This document shows, piece by piece, positions 1-10,600 of a stretch of DNA of 64,000 nucleotides. Each line of letters begins with the position of its first letter. The first letter of the stretch is position 1. This stretch comes from Candidatus Sumerlaeia bacterium (GTDB lineage: Bacteria > Sumerlaeota > Sumerlaeia > SLMS01 > JANRJK01). The notes under the pieces are model-generated. The model had not been told where the DNA came from. It made no database searches and was given only the letters and a program-made list of their open reading frames with translations. The translations under genes and the position numbers were made by a program. The DNA lies in the NCBI GenBank assembly GCA_033764015.1, contig JANRJK010000019.1, forward strand, positions 32,001 to 96,000, in the 5' to 3' direction.

Positions 1-738
1 TGGAGCTTCGGGCGGCCGCTCGCCATCATGGCGATCCTGTGGGCCGTGTTCTCCCAGTTCGTCGGCATCGAAACCGCCCACGCCGACCTGCCGTACCCGC
101 TGCAACTGCTCTCGAGCCTCCTCCCCTGGATGTTCCTCACGGGGGCGGTCTTCGAAGCCAACGGGAGCATCCTCGCCAACGGCAACATCGTGAAGAAAAT
201 CGCCGTGCCCTCCATCGTCTTTCCGACCGCGGCGGTCCTTGGCAACCTCGTCCACCTGTTCCTGGCGCTCGGCGTGCTGGCGGTTTTCGTGCTCTTCTCC
301 AGCATCCCCTTCGGCTGGGAAGTGCTGCTGCTTCCCTTCCTGATCGCGGTGCAAACGCTCATGCTGCTCGGCATCGCCTACCTGGTCGCGGCGCTCAATG
401 TCTTCTACCGCGACGTCGGAAGCGTCACCGAGATCGTCGTCACGATGTGGTTCTACCTCACGCCGATCATCTACCCGCTGCAGCTCGCGCGGAACAAGCT
501 GCGCGACGACGGCCACGAGGTGCTGTACTACCTGTACCTGCTGAACCCGATGACGCCGATCGTCTGCGCCTACCGCCGGCTCTGGTTCGGCTCGCTCCTG
601 CGCCACGGCGGACGCGAACTGGACGACAAGACGCTCCTGCTCGCGGTGGCCTCCTCGACGGTGTTCGCGGTGCTGGTCTTCCTGGCGGGCCAGGCGGTGT
701 TCCGGCGCCTGAGCGACCGCTTCGCCGACGAACTCTAG
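1..738 (+). CDS. ABC-2 type transporter permease (Wzm/TagG-like), 5'-truncated by window edge
   Basis: Frame is open from base 1; multi-TM protein with LLPWMF, YRDVG, WFYLTPIIYP, LNPMT and terminal RFADEL typical of polysaccharide export permeases. Confidence 0.85.
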   Translation, partial: WSFGRPLAIMAILWAVFSQFVGIETAHADLPYPLQLLSSLLPWMFLTGAVFEANGSILANGNIVKKIAVPSIVFPTAAVLGNLVHLFLALGVLAVFVLFSSIPFGWEVLLLPFLIAVQTLMLLGIAYLVAALNVFYRDVGSVTEIVVTMWFYLTPIIYPLQLARNKLRDDGHEVLYYLYLLNPMTPIVCAYRRLWFGSLLRHGGRELDDKTLLLAVASSTVFAVLVFLAGQAVFRRLSDRFADEL

Positions 739-1463
739 CGCCCGAGCGCCTTCACGGCGAACGCGCCCAGCCGCCAGAGCGCCTCCAGCGGCAGCGTTCC
801 GAACGCCCGCTCCGCGTGCTTGCCGTGCATCATGCGCCCCGCCCCCTCCGCCACCATCAGCGCCAGGACCAACAGCTCCACCGGCCCCGGCGGCGACGCG
901 GCGTCCCCCGCGCCGAGGCCCGCCGCGAACAGGCGCGCGATGGCGATCGCCCCCAGCGTGAGGCCCAGCGTGAACTCCACCATCCCGCTCCGCGCCGTGG
1001 CCCGCGCCGTGTCGAAGTGCAGCCGTTCCGCCAGCAGCTCCTGCGCGCCGCCGGGAAGCACCCCCAGCGCCCAGTCGTACCAGCCGGCGGCCTCGCTCCG
1101 GGTGGTCTCCTTCTCGCGCTCCTGCCGCGCCATCTCCTCCTCGAGCAGCGCCTCCGCTGTCAGCAGCACCTTGTGCGGCGCCCGGACGCCCTCCGCGAGC
1201 GGCTCCGCCACATAGAGCCAACCGGCCCCGTCCGCGCGCTCCTCCTCGAGCCGGAACAGACCGCCCTCGAACTCGAAGACCGTGGCGACCATGCCGGCGC
1301 GGCCGGGCACCGAGGTGTCGTGCGTGCGTGGGATCCATTCCGTGCGCCGCGCCTCGCACGCGACGTACAGCACCGCGGCTCCCTCCGCGCCGATGGCGCA
1401 GGCGTGGATTCCGGGGAAGAGCTCGGACCAGGTTGGCTCGGCCATCGGTTCGTCGTGCGACAT
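735..1463 (-). CDS. Hypothetical membrane protein (242 aa)
   Basis: Coding-like composition with C-terminal hydrophobic segments; directly downstream of the TPR gene on the same strand. Confidence 0.6.
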   Translation of the reverse strand: MSHDEPMAEPTWSELFPGIHACAIGAEGAAVLYVACEARRTEWIPRTHDTSVPGRAGMVATVFEFEGGLFRLEEERADGAGWLYVAEPLAEGVRAPHKVLLTAEALLEEEMARQEREKETTRSEAAGWYDWALGVLPGGAQELLAERLHFDTARATARSGMVEFTLGLTLGAIAIARLFAAGLGAGDAASPPGPVELLVLALMVAEGAGRMMHGKHAERAFGTLPLEALWRLGAFAVKALGR

Positions 1464-1506
1464 TAGAGAGTCGGAGCGGGCGGCGTGCCGTGCGGACGGC
1501 GCGCGC

Positions 1507-4500
1507 CTAGCGCTCCGCCAGCGGCCCCAGCTCCGGCAACCCCTCCTCGGGCGCCACGTCCAGCGCGAGACGGTCGCGCGCGACTTGCGTGTAGGGCGCC
1601 TCCGGCGCGACTTCGACGGCGCGCTGGTAGGATTGGCGCGCCTTCTCGCGCTCGCCGAGCCGTTCGTAGGTGAGCCCCAGCGTCGTCCAGGCGCGCGTGT
1701 GGCGCTGTTCGATCGCGACCGCCTTCTTCAGCGCCTCCTCCGCCTTGGAGTACTGCTCGAGGCGGAAGAAGGCGGAGCCGACGTTGTTGAGCACGTCGGG
1801 GTTCTCGGGCTCGCTCTCCAGCGCGATCTGGTACTGCTCGAGCGCGGGCCTCATGCGGCCGAGCCGCTGCAGGAAGTTGCCGTAGTCGTTGTTCGCCGCC
1901 GCCACCTTGTAGCCGGAGGAGGTCGCTCGCAGGAAGGACGATTCGGCGCGGGCGTCCGCGCCCATCGCGGCGAACGTGTGCGCGAGGTAGAGCGCGGGCG
2001 CGGCCGCCTTCGGATTCAGCGCCAGCGCCGCGTGGAAGTCCGTGTGCGCCGCCGCTAGGTCCGACTTCAGCAGCTCGATGAACCCGCTCTCCATCGCCTC
2101 GCGGTAGCGCCGCTCCCGCTGCGCCGCAAGCGCGGGCAGCGCCAGCGCCCCCGCCAGCGCCACGAGCGTCAGCCCCAGCGTCAGCGAAGTCGCCGTGCGC
2201 ATTCCCGCGGGGTAGGGCATGTCCATGTCGCGGACGATGTGCAGCTCGCTGTAGAACCGGTGGCACGACCAGTGGCGGTTCAGCACCTGCTGCAGCGCGT
2301 TGAGCACCCCCTGCCGGTCCCGGGTGTAGGGCTTCATATCCAGCACCCAGCGGAGCGGCAACTCGCTCGGCTGCCGCACCAGGAATTCGCCCTTCGCCTG
2401 GTGCCCCTTCGGGACGAACTCGCCGTGCGGATCCGCCCAGGGGGCCGAGACCTCCTCCATGAAGTGGCGGAGCAGCACATGCGCCGTCAGCAGCATCGGG
2501 TAGATCTCGATCAGGAACAGCAGCAGCAGCGCGCCCGCGGGCCAGGCGAGCAGCGGAACAAGACTGTCCTGCGTCCAGGCGAGCGCCGCCAGCCCGGCCA
2601 GCAGGACCAACGAAATCCCGAGCGCGAACAGCAGGCGCCAGGTCGAGATCACCGGCACTTCGACGCCGGTGTGGTCGCGCACCCACCACGAGATCCGCTG
2701 CGCCTGGCGGTTCATCGCGCTCCAGGGCAGGCGCCCCTTCGGCAGCGGGTGGTGGTGGTCCGGCTTGGGCCGCTTGTTCGCCGGCAACGCGATGGTGCGG
2801 TGCTTCTGGAGGCTGCGCCACAGCACGACCGACAATCCCGCGCCGATCACCGCCAGCACCGCGCGCGCCAGGTGCATCTGGGGATCGAGCGACACCGTCA
2901 CGAAGTAGCCGTACCACCAAAGCAGCCCCGAGAGCGCGATCGGCAGCCGCCCCAGGTCCAGAGGCGCGGACGACAGCGAGAGCACCGATTCGATCTTCTG
3001 CCGCACGATCACGTTGGCGGGGTCGATCAGGAGGATCTCCCGGTAGCACTCCGCCTCCTTCGCGCGCTCGCGCGTCTGCTCGTAAAGCGCGGCGAGCGTG
3101 GACCACGCCTCGACGCGGCGCGGGTCCTCCTGGATCGCCATCTGCACCGCGCGGATGCACTCGTCCGGAGGGCGCTCCTCCATCACCATGTCCATCGCCT
3201 TCTCGAACTTGGCGACGAAGTCGTTCTTCGATTTCAGCGTCAGACGCGAGTCCCACGGATCGAAGTCCGCCTCGCGCATGTTCTCCAACTCGCGCCCCTT
3301 CTCGACCTCGGAGAGCTGCGTGGGCGCCCCGCAGTGCTTGCACTCGCGGTCCTCGGCGCCGAGCGCCAGGCCGCACATGCGGCAGTCGTGCTGCTGCGCC
3401 ATCGTGGCGACCACTTCCTCGCCCGCGAAGCGCACGGTCTCGTCCGCTTCCGGCAGCACCGCGTCGCCGGGCCGGGCCGTGTGCCAGGCGACGGAACCCA
3501 CCAGCCACGCGCCAAGCAGCAGCGGCAGCACCACCAGCAGCAGCGCGCTCCGGGTGTCGGGCTGGTTCTCCTCGTCCTGCAGGGTGACGACTTCAAAGCG
3601 TTCCCAGGCGGGGCTGTCGCGGTCGATCTCCGAGCGCTCACCTCCGAGCGCCGTGCGGCTGCGCTTCACCGTCCCGCCCCAGAGCTCCGGGTCAGCGAGC
3701 GAGGCGAACAGGCCCTCGCCCAGCATCGACTCGCGACGCACCACCGCGTCGATCCGCCGCTCGTGCTCGGCCAGCCACTCGGAGGCGCGGAGCCCGGCGA
3801 CCGTGCCGCGGAACTCCTCGACGATGCGGCGCAGGATCGCGAGCGTTTCCTCCAGCAGCTCCTCCGCCATCTTCGCCTGCGCCTCGATCCACAGCTCCAT
3901 CGCGGAGCGCTCCGCGGGGATCGACGCGGCCAGCTCCTCGACCGTCTTGGCGTCCTTGCTTTCCGCGAGCCTCGGGAAGTCGATGAGCTTGCGCAGCTCC
4001 GCCTCCGCCTCGTCGAACTCCGTCGCGGCGATCGCCATGCGGGCCTTCACCAGGCCGAGGGAAACGGGGGCCTCCACGGTGGCCTCGCGGTGCACCTGCC
4101 GGGCCTCCTCCGCGCCGGGACTGTCGGCGAAGCGCTCGAGGTACTCCATGGCCCGCGCGGCCGCGTCGTCAAAACGCCGCGCCGCGAGCGCCTCGCGTGC
4201 CTGCGCCAGCAGATCCGCCGCCTCCAGCTCCCCGGCGCTGTCGCCAGCGATGCGCGCCAGCCGCTCCTGCGCCGCCGCCGAATCGCGCAGCGACGCCGGC
4301 GCGTCCTTCGCCAGCCGGTACGCCTCCTCCAGCTTCCCGTCGCGGATCCGGCGGCGGAACGCGTCGAAGAAGGACGCCTCCTCGCGCAATTGCCGCACGC
4401 GCGCGTCGCCGGGGCGCAGGCTCTCCACGCTCTGGATCGAGGCCAGCGCCAAGTCCACCAAGTCGCGCGAATCCGCGTAGTCGTAGACGCGGAGCAGCTT

Positions 4501-5379
4501 GTCCGCCTCGTCCTCCGCGGAGCGCTCCTGCGCGCGTTCCTGGAACTCCGCGTAGGTGATGGCGGCGCCGCCCGTGTCGCCGGTGATCTCGAGCAGGCGC
4601 ACGAACGTCGCCACGGCGTCGGGGGCGCGGTCCTCCGCGAGGAGGCGGCGGCTGCGCTCGCCGAGCAGTTCGGCGAGCTTCGGCGCGGCGAGGTCGAAGT
4701 TCTTCGCCGGGGCGAGGCGCACCAGGGCCTCGAACGCGTCGATCGCGGAATCGTTGTCGCGGACGCGCACCGCGGTTTCCGCGCGCAGCCGCTGCACCTC
4801 CTCGCGGTCCGGCGCCAGCTCCGCCGCCCGGTTCAGCGCCATCAGCGCGGCGGGATACTCCACGCGGTCGATCAGCGCCAGCGCCCGGTCGTACTCCGCC
4901 TGCGCGTCGTCGGCGCTGGTGCGCGTCGCGGTCAGCTCCGCGCGGAGCGCCGCGAGCTCGCCAGACAGCCGCGCATGGTCCTCGTCGCCAAGCTGCCCGG
5001 CGGCGCGCATCGCGTCCAGCGAGGCGGCCCGCTCCGCGATGATCTGCAGCGCGCGCGGCCGGTTCTGCGCCGCGGCCTGCGCCCGCGCCTCCGTCACCGA
5101 CTTGCGCACTTCGGATTGGACGAACTCGAGCGAGAAGCCCCGCTCCACCGAAAGCACCTGCGCCTTCGGGAACGAAAGCGTGCTGGTGCCCGTCTCGATC
5201 CGGACCGTCTTGTCGTCCTCGTCGAGCACCTTCCCTTCGATGACGCGCCCGTTGCGGAGCGTCACTTTGTCCGCCGGCGCCAGCGCGGGAAGCAGCAGCG
5301 CCAGCAGCGCGAGCAACGCTCCCCACAGCGCCGCGCGGCGCCGGGAACGACTCGTCCCGCCAAGATCTGATCGATGCAT
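1507..5379 (-). CDS. Large multi-TM TPR protein with signal peptide and zinc ribbon (~1290 aa)
   Basis: Start re-assigned to ATG 5379 (MHRSDLGG) followed by a signal peptide; N-terminal DKVTLRNGRVIEGKV domain, TPR helices, TM, CRMC-x9-CKHC, further TMs and C-terminal TPRs (NNDYGNFL, LNNVGSAF, WTTLGLTY). Confidence 0.8.
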   Translation of the reverse strand: MHRSDLGGTSRSRRRAALWGALLALLALLLPALAPADKVTLRNGRVIEGKVLDEDDKTVRIETGTSTLSFPKAQVLSVERGFSLEFVQSEVRKSVTEARAQAAAQNRPRALQIIAERAASLDAMRAAGQLGDEDHARLSGELAALRAELTATRTSADDAQAEYDRALALIDRVEYPAALMALNRAAELAPDREEVQRLRAETAVRVRDNDSAIDAFEALVRLAPAKNFDLAAPKLAELLGERSRRLLAEDRAPDAVATFVRLLEITGDTGGAAITYAEFQERAQERSAEDEADKLLRVYDYADSRDLVDLALASIQSVESLRPGDARVRQLREEASFFDAFRRRIRDGKLEEAYRLAKDAPASLRDSAAAQERLARIAGDSAGELEAADLLAQAREALAARRFDDAAARAMEYLERFADSPGAEEARQVHREATVEAPVSLGLVKARMAIAATEFDEAEAELRKLIDFPRLAESKDAKTVEELAASIPAERSAMELWIEAQAKMAEELLEETLAILRRIVEEFRGTVAGLRASEWLAEHERRIDAVVRRESMLGEGLFASLADPELWGGTVKRSRTALGGERSEIDRDSPAWERFEVVTLQDEENQPDTRSALLLVVLPLLLGAWLVGSVAWHTARPGDAVLPEADETVRFAGEEVVATMAQQHDCRMCGLALGAEDRECKHCGAPTQLSEVEKGRELENMREADFDPWDSRLTLKSKNDFVAKFEKAMDMVMEERPPDECIRAVQMAIQEDPRRVEAWSTLAALYEQTRERAKEAECYREILLIDPANVIVRQKIESVLSLSSAPLDLGRLPIALSGLLWWYGYFVTVSLDPQMHLARAVLAVIGAGLSVVLWRSLQKHRTIALPANKRPKPDHHHPLPKGRLPWSAMNRQAQRISWWVRDHTGVEVPVISTWRLLFALGISLVLLAGLAALAWTQDSLVPLLAWPAGALLLLFLIEIYPMLLTAHVLLRHFMEEVSAPWADPHGEFVPKGHQAKGEFLVRQPSELPLRWVLDMKPYTRDRQGVLNALQQVLNRHWSCHRFYSELHIVRDMDMPYPAGMRTATSLTLGLTLVALAGALALPALAAQRERRYREAMESGFIELLKSDLAAAHTDFHAALALNPKAAAPALYLAHTFAAMGADARAESSFLRATSSGYKVAAANNDYGNFLQRLGRMRPALEQYQIALESEPENPDVLNNVGSAFFRLEQYSKAEEALKKAVAIEQRHTRAWTTLGLTYERLGEREKARQSYQRAVEVAPEAPYTQVARDRLALDVAPEEGLPELGPLAER

Positions 5380-5514
5380 GGCAACCGCCTCCACGTCCGA
5401 GGCCAATGAACCCCATTTAAGACATCGAATGTGGGCGATTCCGGCACGGCAGGTAAAGGTGAATCGGGAATCCCATCGCCACGCGCGGTCCGCTCCCGCA
5501 AAACTCGTCCTCGC

Positions 5515-6507
5515 ATGACTCTCCCCGACACCTCCGCCAGCACGTTCCACAAGCTCGTCTACGCCTCCGTTTGCTTTGTCTGGGGCACCACCTACCTCGC
5601 GATCAAGATCGGCGTCGAAACGCTTCCGCCCTTCCTCATGGGTGGCGTGCGCTTCCTGATCGCAGGTCTGCCGCTGCTCCTGGTGCTCAAGTGGCGCGGC
5701 GCCCCCTGGCCCACGCGATCGGACTGGCCTGCGATCGCGGTCGGTGGAGTCACCATGCTCGCGATCGGCAACGGCTTGGTGGGCTGGGCAGAGCAATGGC
5801 TCCCGAGCGGCCTCACTGCCGTGCTCGTCCTCACGTCACCCTTCGCGTACGTCGGCCTCAGCGCGCTCCTCGGCGACCGCATCGTGCCTTCCACCTGGGC
5901 GGGTCTCGCGCTGGCCTTCGTCGGAGTCCTGGTGCTGTTCGGCGGCGACATCGCGAAGCTCGCCGGCGCGCCGGACGGCGCGAAGCTCCTCTGGCCGATT
6001 GTGGCGGTGCTCGTCTCCACTGTCACGTGGGCCGTCGGCGGCGTCGTCACCGCCCGCGCGCCGTCCAAGGCGCCGCTGCTGATGACCGTCGCCTGCCAGA
6101 TGCTGATCGGCGCCGCCGGCCAGCTCGCCATCAGCGCCGCCGCGGGCGAATGGGCCCGCCCGCTCGCCCCGAGCCCCGAGTCCCTCGCGGCCCTCGGCTA
6201 CCTCGTCGTCGCCGGATCGTGGATCGGCTTCGGCGGCTACGTCCTCATCCTGCGCACCATGTCGCCGGACGCGGTGTCGCTGATCACCTACATCAACACC
6301 GTCGTCGCGGTGCTGGTGGGTTGGCTGCTGGGCAGCGAAACCATGAGCCTCCGCCTGGTCGCCGGCAGCGCGGTCATCATCGCCGGCGTCGCGGTGGTGA
6401 ATCGGGGGCTCGCGGTCGAGAAGCGGCGCAAGGCGGAGGAAGCGCGCCGGAGGCAGGAGGAAGAGCTCAAGCTGAGCCGCGAACTGCCGAAGTTCCAGAC
6501 CCAGTAG
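5515..6507 (+). CDS. EamA/DMT family transporter (YedA-like)
   Basis: VWGTTYLAIK, PPFLMGGVRFL and YINTVVAVLVG motifs, about 10 TMs; ATG at 5515. Confidence 0.9.
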   Translation: MTLPDTSASTFHKLVYASVCFVWGTTYLAIKIGVETLPPFLMGGVRFLIAGLPLLLVLKWRGAPWPTRSDWPAIAVGGVTMLAIGNGLVGWAEQWLPSGLTAVLVLTSPFAYVGLSALLGDRIVPSTWAGLALAFVGVLVLFGGDIAKLAGAPDGAKLLWPIVAVLVSTVTWAVGGVVTARAPSKAPLLMTVACQMLIGAAGQLAISAAAGEWARPLAPSPESLAALGYLVVAGSWIGFGGYVLILRTMSPDAVSLITYINTVVAVLVGWLLGSETMSLRLVAGSAVIIAGVAVVNRGLAVEKRRKAEEARRRQEEELKLSRELPKFQTQ

Positions 6508-6522
6508 CCCCGTGGTCCCCCT

Positions 6523-7497
6523 TCAGCGCTCGCGGAACTCGTAGCGCTCCACCACCTCCGGCCGCGCGCCGAGGTACTCGTAGCTGTAGAAGGAGAACCC
6601 GTTCAGCCGCGCGTCGGTGCGCGTGTGCGACAGCACGATGTACTTGTTGTCGAGCACCTCGAAGTTCGTCGAGGGCAGCCGCTGCGCGTGCAGCGGGTCG
6701 AACGGCACCCAGCCGAAATCCTCGATCCAGACCTCGGCCCAGTTGTGCTTCACCGTGTCCGCGTCCTCCACCGTCACCCCGGTCAGGACGCGCGCCGGGA
6801 AGCCCGACGCGCGCGCCAGCGCCACGAACAGGTCCGCGTACTCCGTGCAGTCGCCCCCGCCGCGGCGCAGCGTCTCCGTCGCGCCCACCGAGTCGGGATT
6901 GTATCCGTGGTAGGCGAGCCGACGGATCACGAACTGGTGCAAGTCGTGCAGCGTCTCCGTGTCGGCCGGCCGGCGCATCCGTTGGGCGAGCCCGACAATC
7001 TCCTGCGCGTCGCTCTCGATATAGGGCTCTGGAAGCGAGAACAGCGACAGCCGCCCCGTGCCCGCCGCGCCACCCGCGCCCGCCGCGCCGCCCTTGCCTT
7101 CCGCCCCGGCGGCGACCGCCCGCTCCCCCTCGCGCAGACGCACCCGCGCCTTCGCGAGCCCGTCCCGCTCGAGACGGACCAGATACCGGGCCTCGAACGA
7201 AACCGGCCCCGACAGGTCCTCGAAGAGGAATTCCGCGTAACTCTCGCCCTCCGCCTCGAACTCCGCCGAAGGCGCACGGGAGAACGACCGCTCGATCACC
7301 CGTTGGCGGTGGTGGATGTCGCGCGGGGAGGACTGCCGCAGGACGATCCGCCGTAGCGGCCCCCGGGGGCGGATCTCGTACCGGACCACCAGCTCGACCT
7401 CGCGGACCGGCTGGTCGAACGGTTGCGGCGTCGACGTGTGAGACTCCGATGCGAGGAAGCTCAGCAGCGCGGCGGCGGTGGCGGCCCGGGTCTTCAC
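6523..7497 (-). CDS. Secreted transglutaminase-like domain protein
   Basis: Triad motifs GDCTEYA, HNWAEVWI and WVPFDP; signal-like N-terminus. Confidence 0.85.
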   Translation of the reverse strand: MKTRAATAAALLSFLASESHTSTPQPFDQPVREVELVVRYEIRPRGPLRRIVLRQSSPRDIHHRQRVIERSFSRAPSAEFEAEGESYAEFLFEDLSGPVSFEARYLVRLERDGLAKARVRLREGERAVAAGAEGKGGAAGAGGAAGTGRLSLFSLPEPYIESDAQEIVGLAQRMRRPADTETLHDLHQFVIRRLAYHGYNPDSVGATETLRRGGGDCTEYADLFVALARASGFPARVLTGVTVEDADTVKHNWAEVWIEDFGWVPFDPLHAQRLPSTNFEVLDNKYIVLSHTRTDARLNGFSFYSYEYLGARPEVVERYEFRER

Positions 7498-7649
7498 GCG
7501 TGCGATCCTCTAGTGGGTGCGTCTCGTCCTGTTTTGTCCACCCTTGCCGCATGCTCGGTCAAGTCTAGGCGGACACGACCCTTTACATCGGTTATGGCGG
7601 CGTTCCCCCTTGCCGGTACGCGGGAGCCCGCGCAAACCATTTCAGGACC

Positions 7650-10600
7650 ATGGAAGACGATCCGACCCCCGACGCGCGCGAGCTGGCGAACACCGTTCCG
7701 CTGCATGTCCCCAGCGACTTGCCGGCGAGACCGTCGCTATCGTACAACCGCCGCTTCCCGAACGCCCAGGACTCTTCGGATTCGGAGGAGGGCGACGACG
7801 ATGGCTCGCCGGAAACGCTCGCCCAGCAAGCGCCCGGCAGCCGCTCGGGATCCATCGGCAAGGCGATCCGCGACGGCGCGATCACTCACGACGCCGACGC
7901 GCTCGGCTTCCATTTCGAACGACTGATCGGCCGGGGCGGCATGGGCGAAGTTTGGGAGGCCGTCCAGGCACGCCTCGGGCGCATCGTCGCCGTCAAGCGC
8001 CTGCGCCCGCGCGGACGCGACTCCGACGATCATCACAGCACCGCCGCCCTGCACTCCTTCGAAGGCGAGGCGCTGACCGCCGCCCTCCTGGACCACCCGA
8101 ACATCGTGCCGGTCTACGACCTCGGCTTCGATTCCGCCGGCCGCCCCCTCATGGCGATGAAGCTGGTCCGCGGCACCAACTGGCAAAAAGTCATCGAGCG
8201 CGACTTCAAGGCCCTCGAACCGGAGGACTACCTCGCCAAGCACCTGCCCATCTTCATGCAGGTGGTCCAGGCGGTCCTCTTCGCGCACTCCCGCGGCGTC
8301 GTCCACCGCGACCTGAAGCCCACCCAGGTCATGATCGGAGAGTACGGCGAAGTGCTCCTCATGGACTGGGGCCTCGCCATGATGATCGGCGATCCGCCGA
8401 GCCACATCGACCGCTCCACGTACCACGCCCGCTACCCGACGGCGGCGACCGCGGACAACCCTTCCGGGACACCGGGCTACATGGCGCCCGAGCAGACCGA
8501 GATGTTCACCACGCGCATCGGCCCGTGGACGGACATCTACCTCCTCGGCGGGACGCTCTACCGGCTCCTCACCGGAAAGCTCCCGCATCCCGGACGCACC
8601 AGCCAGGAAGTCTACCTCCACGCCGCCCACGGAGTGGTCCAGCCGTTCGCGGAGGCGGCGCCGGGACGCCACGTGCCGGCGGACCTCGAACGCGTCGCGA
8701 TGTGGGCCATGCTGCCCAATCCGGCGGAACGCCCCACGGGACGCGAGTTCGCCGACGCGCTGCAGGAGTTCATGACCGGCTCCTCGAACCGCCGGGAATC
8801 CGAGCGCATCACCGACGAGATGGCGCTCGAAGCGCCGGACGACAACTACGCGGCCTACGTCGCGGGCCTGGCGAAGCTCGCCAACGCGATCCGCCTCTGG
8901 CCCGGCAACCACGACGTTGCGCCGCTGCGCGAGCGCCACCTGCTCGGCTACGCGAAGCTGGCGCTCCGCGAGGGCGACCTCTCCCTCGCCCGCGCGCAGG
9001 CGGAGCGGCTCGACGACGGCGAGGCCAAGCTCCGGCTGCTGAAGCAGATCGACGACGCGGCGCGCGCGGCCGCGCTCCAGAAGCGCCGCAACCAGCAGCT
9101 CGGGCTCGCCGCCGCCGCCATGCTCCTCGTCATCCTCGGCGGCGGCGCGGTCTTCACCCTCAGGCTCTCCGAGGCCAATCATGCCACCCGGGTGCAACTC
9201 GTCCTCACCAGCGAAGCCCGTATCGCGGAGGCGGACGCCCGCCGCGCGGCGCAGTTCGAGCTCCGCCGCGCCACGCTCCTCCTCGCCGAGTCGCTGATCG
9301 CCGAGGACCGCCTCGACGACGCCGTGAACGAGCTGCGCCGCATCCCCCTCGAAGAGCGCGGCCTCGAGTGGCGCTATCTGCTCACCAAGGCGCTCAAGGA
9401 CCTTTGGTACAGCCCCTACGAGTACATGCACTTCTCGCCCTCCCGCAGGTTCGTGCTGGGGAACTTGGAGGGGGAGGGCCTCGCCGCGCTCCTCGCGGAG
9501 CCCGGAACCGTGCTGGCGCCCCTGGTCGATGCCCTGCCGGACGGGTTGGTCGTCGCTTGGTCGCGCGACGAGTCGCTGTTGGCCCTCGACGCCCCGACGC
9601 TTCCGCTGACGGTTTGGGAAACGGATAGCTGGCGGGTGCTCCGCAGCGAGGACCCCTCGACCACCGACACGGTGCGCGCGATCGACTTCTCCCCGGACGG
9701 ACGCCAGCTCGCACTGGGCTACGAAAGCGGGCTCGTGACCGTGATGCCGCTCGCGGATGGATCCGAGCGGGCGCTCGCCCGCCATTCGACTCCGATCATC
9801 GGGGTTTTCTGGGGGGAGACCAAGTTGATGACGGCATCCCCCGACGAGCTTCGCCGGGTAGATCCGAAGAGTGGTGCACATACATTGGTCTACCGCACCG
9901 GAGCGGCCAGTGTTCCCTTCCGTCCTTTTAAGATTAGTGCGAACCGGCAGCGCACCCACGTCGCCTTCGGACATGTGTTTGAAAAGGTTGCCTCAGTGGG
10001 AATCGAGGCAGGCGTTCCCATTACCTACTCGCACCCAGCAATACAGTGGTCCTTTAGCGGTCTCCAACAGCACTTGATCCTTCCAGGGTTTGGATTCGAA
10101 CCGCAAGTGGCGGTCTACGACCTCGAGACCGGACAAGATGTGTCGCGAAGGGCGCAGCCGAAGGTGCAAGCTATCGATCAAAATAGTAGTTTGCATGTGG
10201 CGAACGATGTTCACTACGTGGACTTGTCCGCCGCGGAGGACGTCGCTCTGGTGCTCGAAAGGCGGCATGATTATGCATTGCGGAACTACCCCTCATTCTC
10301 CGCCCTCTTGAACGGCAAGTCCGTTTACTCTGGCAGGGAAATGGACCGTGTCACACTCCATCCATCAGGGCGGGCCCTTTGGGTGGCGCGCCCCGGCGGC
10401 CCCACCCGGACAGTCCCGGCTTCCTCGGCGTGGGCGGGACTTCCCATCCCCGGCAGCTACCCGAGCTTCGGGACCAACGACGCCTATATCGCTGCGTTGC
10501 AGCACGAATCTCACGACCACTTCGACCCCTCCACTGGTGAGAGAATTTTCGACTCGGGAGGCAAATTCAACATCTACCGGGGTTCCGACATGTCTGAGGA

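Noticed and set aside
1..738. Wzm-like permease without its ATPase
   Set aside because: The gene is at the window edge and the partner may lie upstream
5431..5796. Extended ORF-track starts (e.g. 5796, 5431, 16382, 56611, 57608) implying gene overlaps
   Set aside because: Downstream starts with SD sequences or family-typical N-termini remove the overlaps
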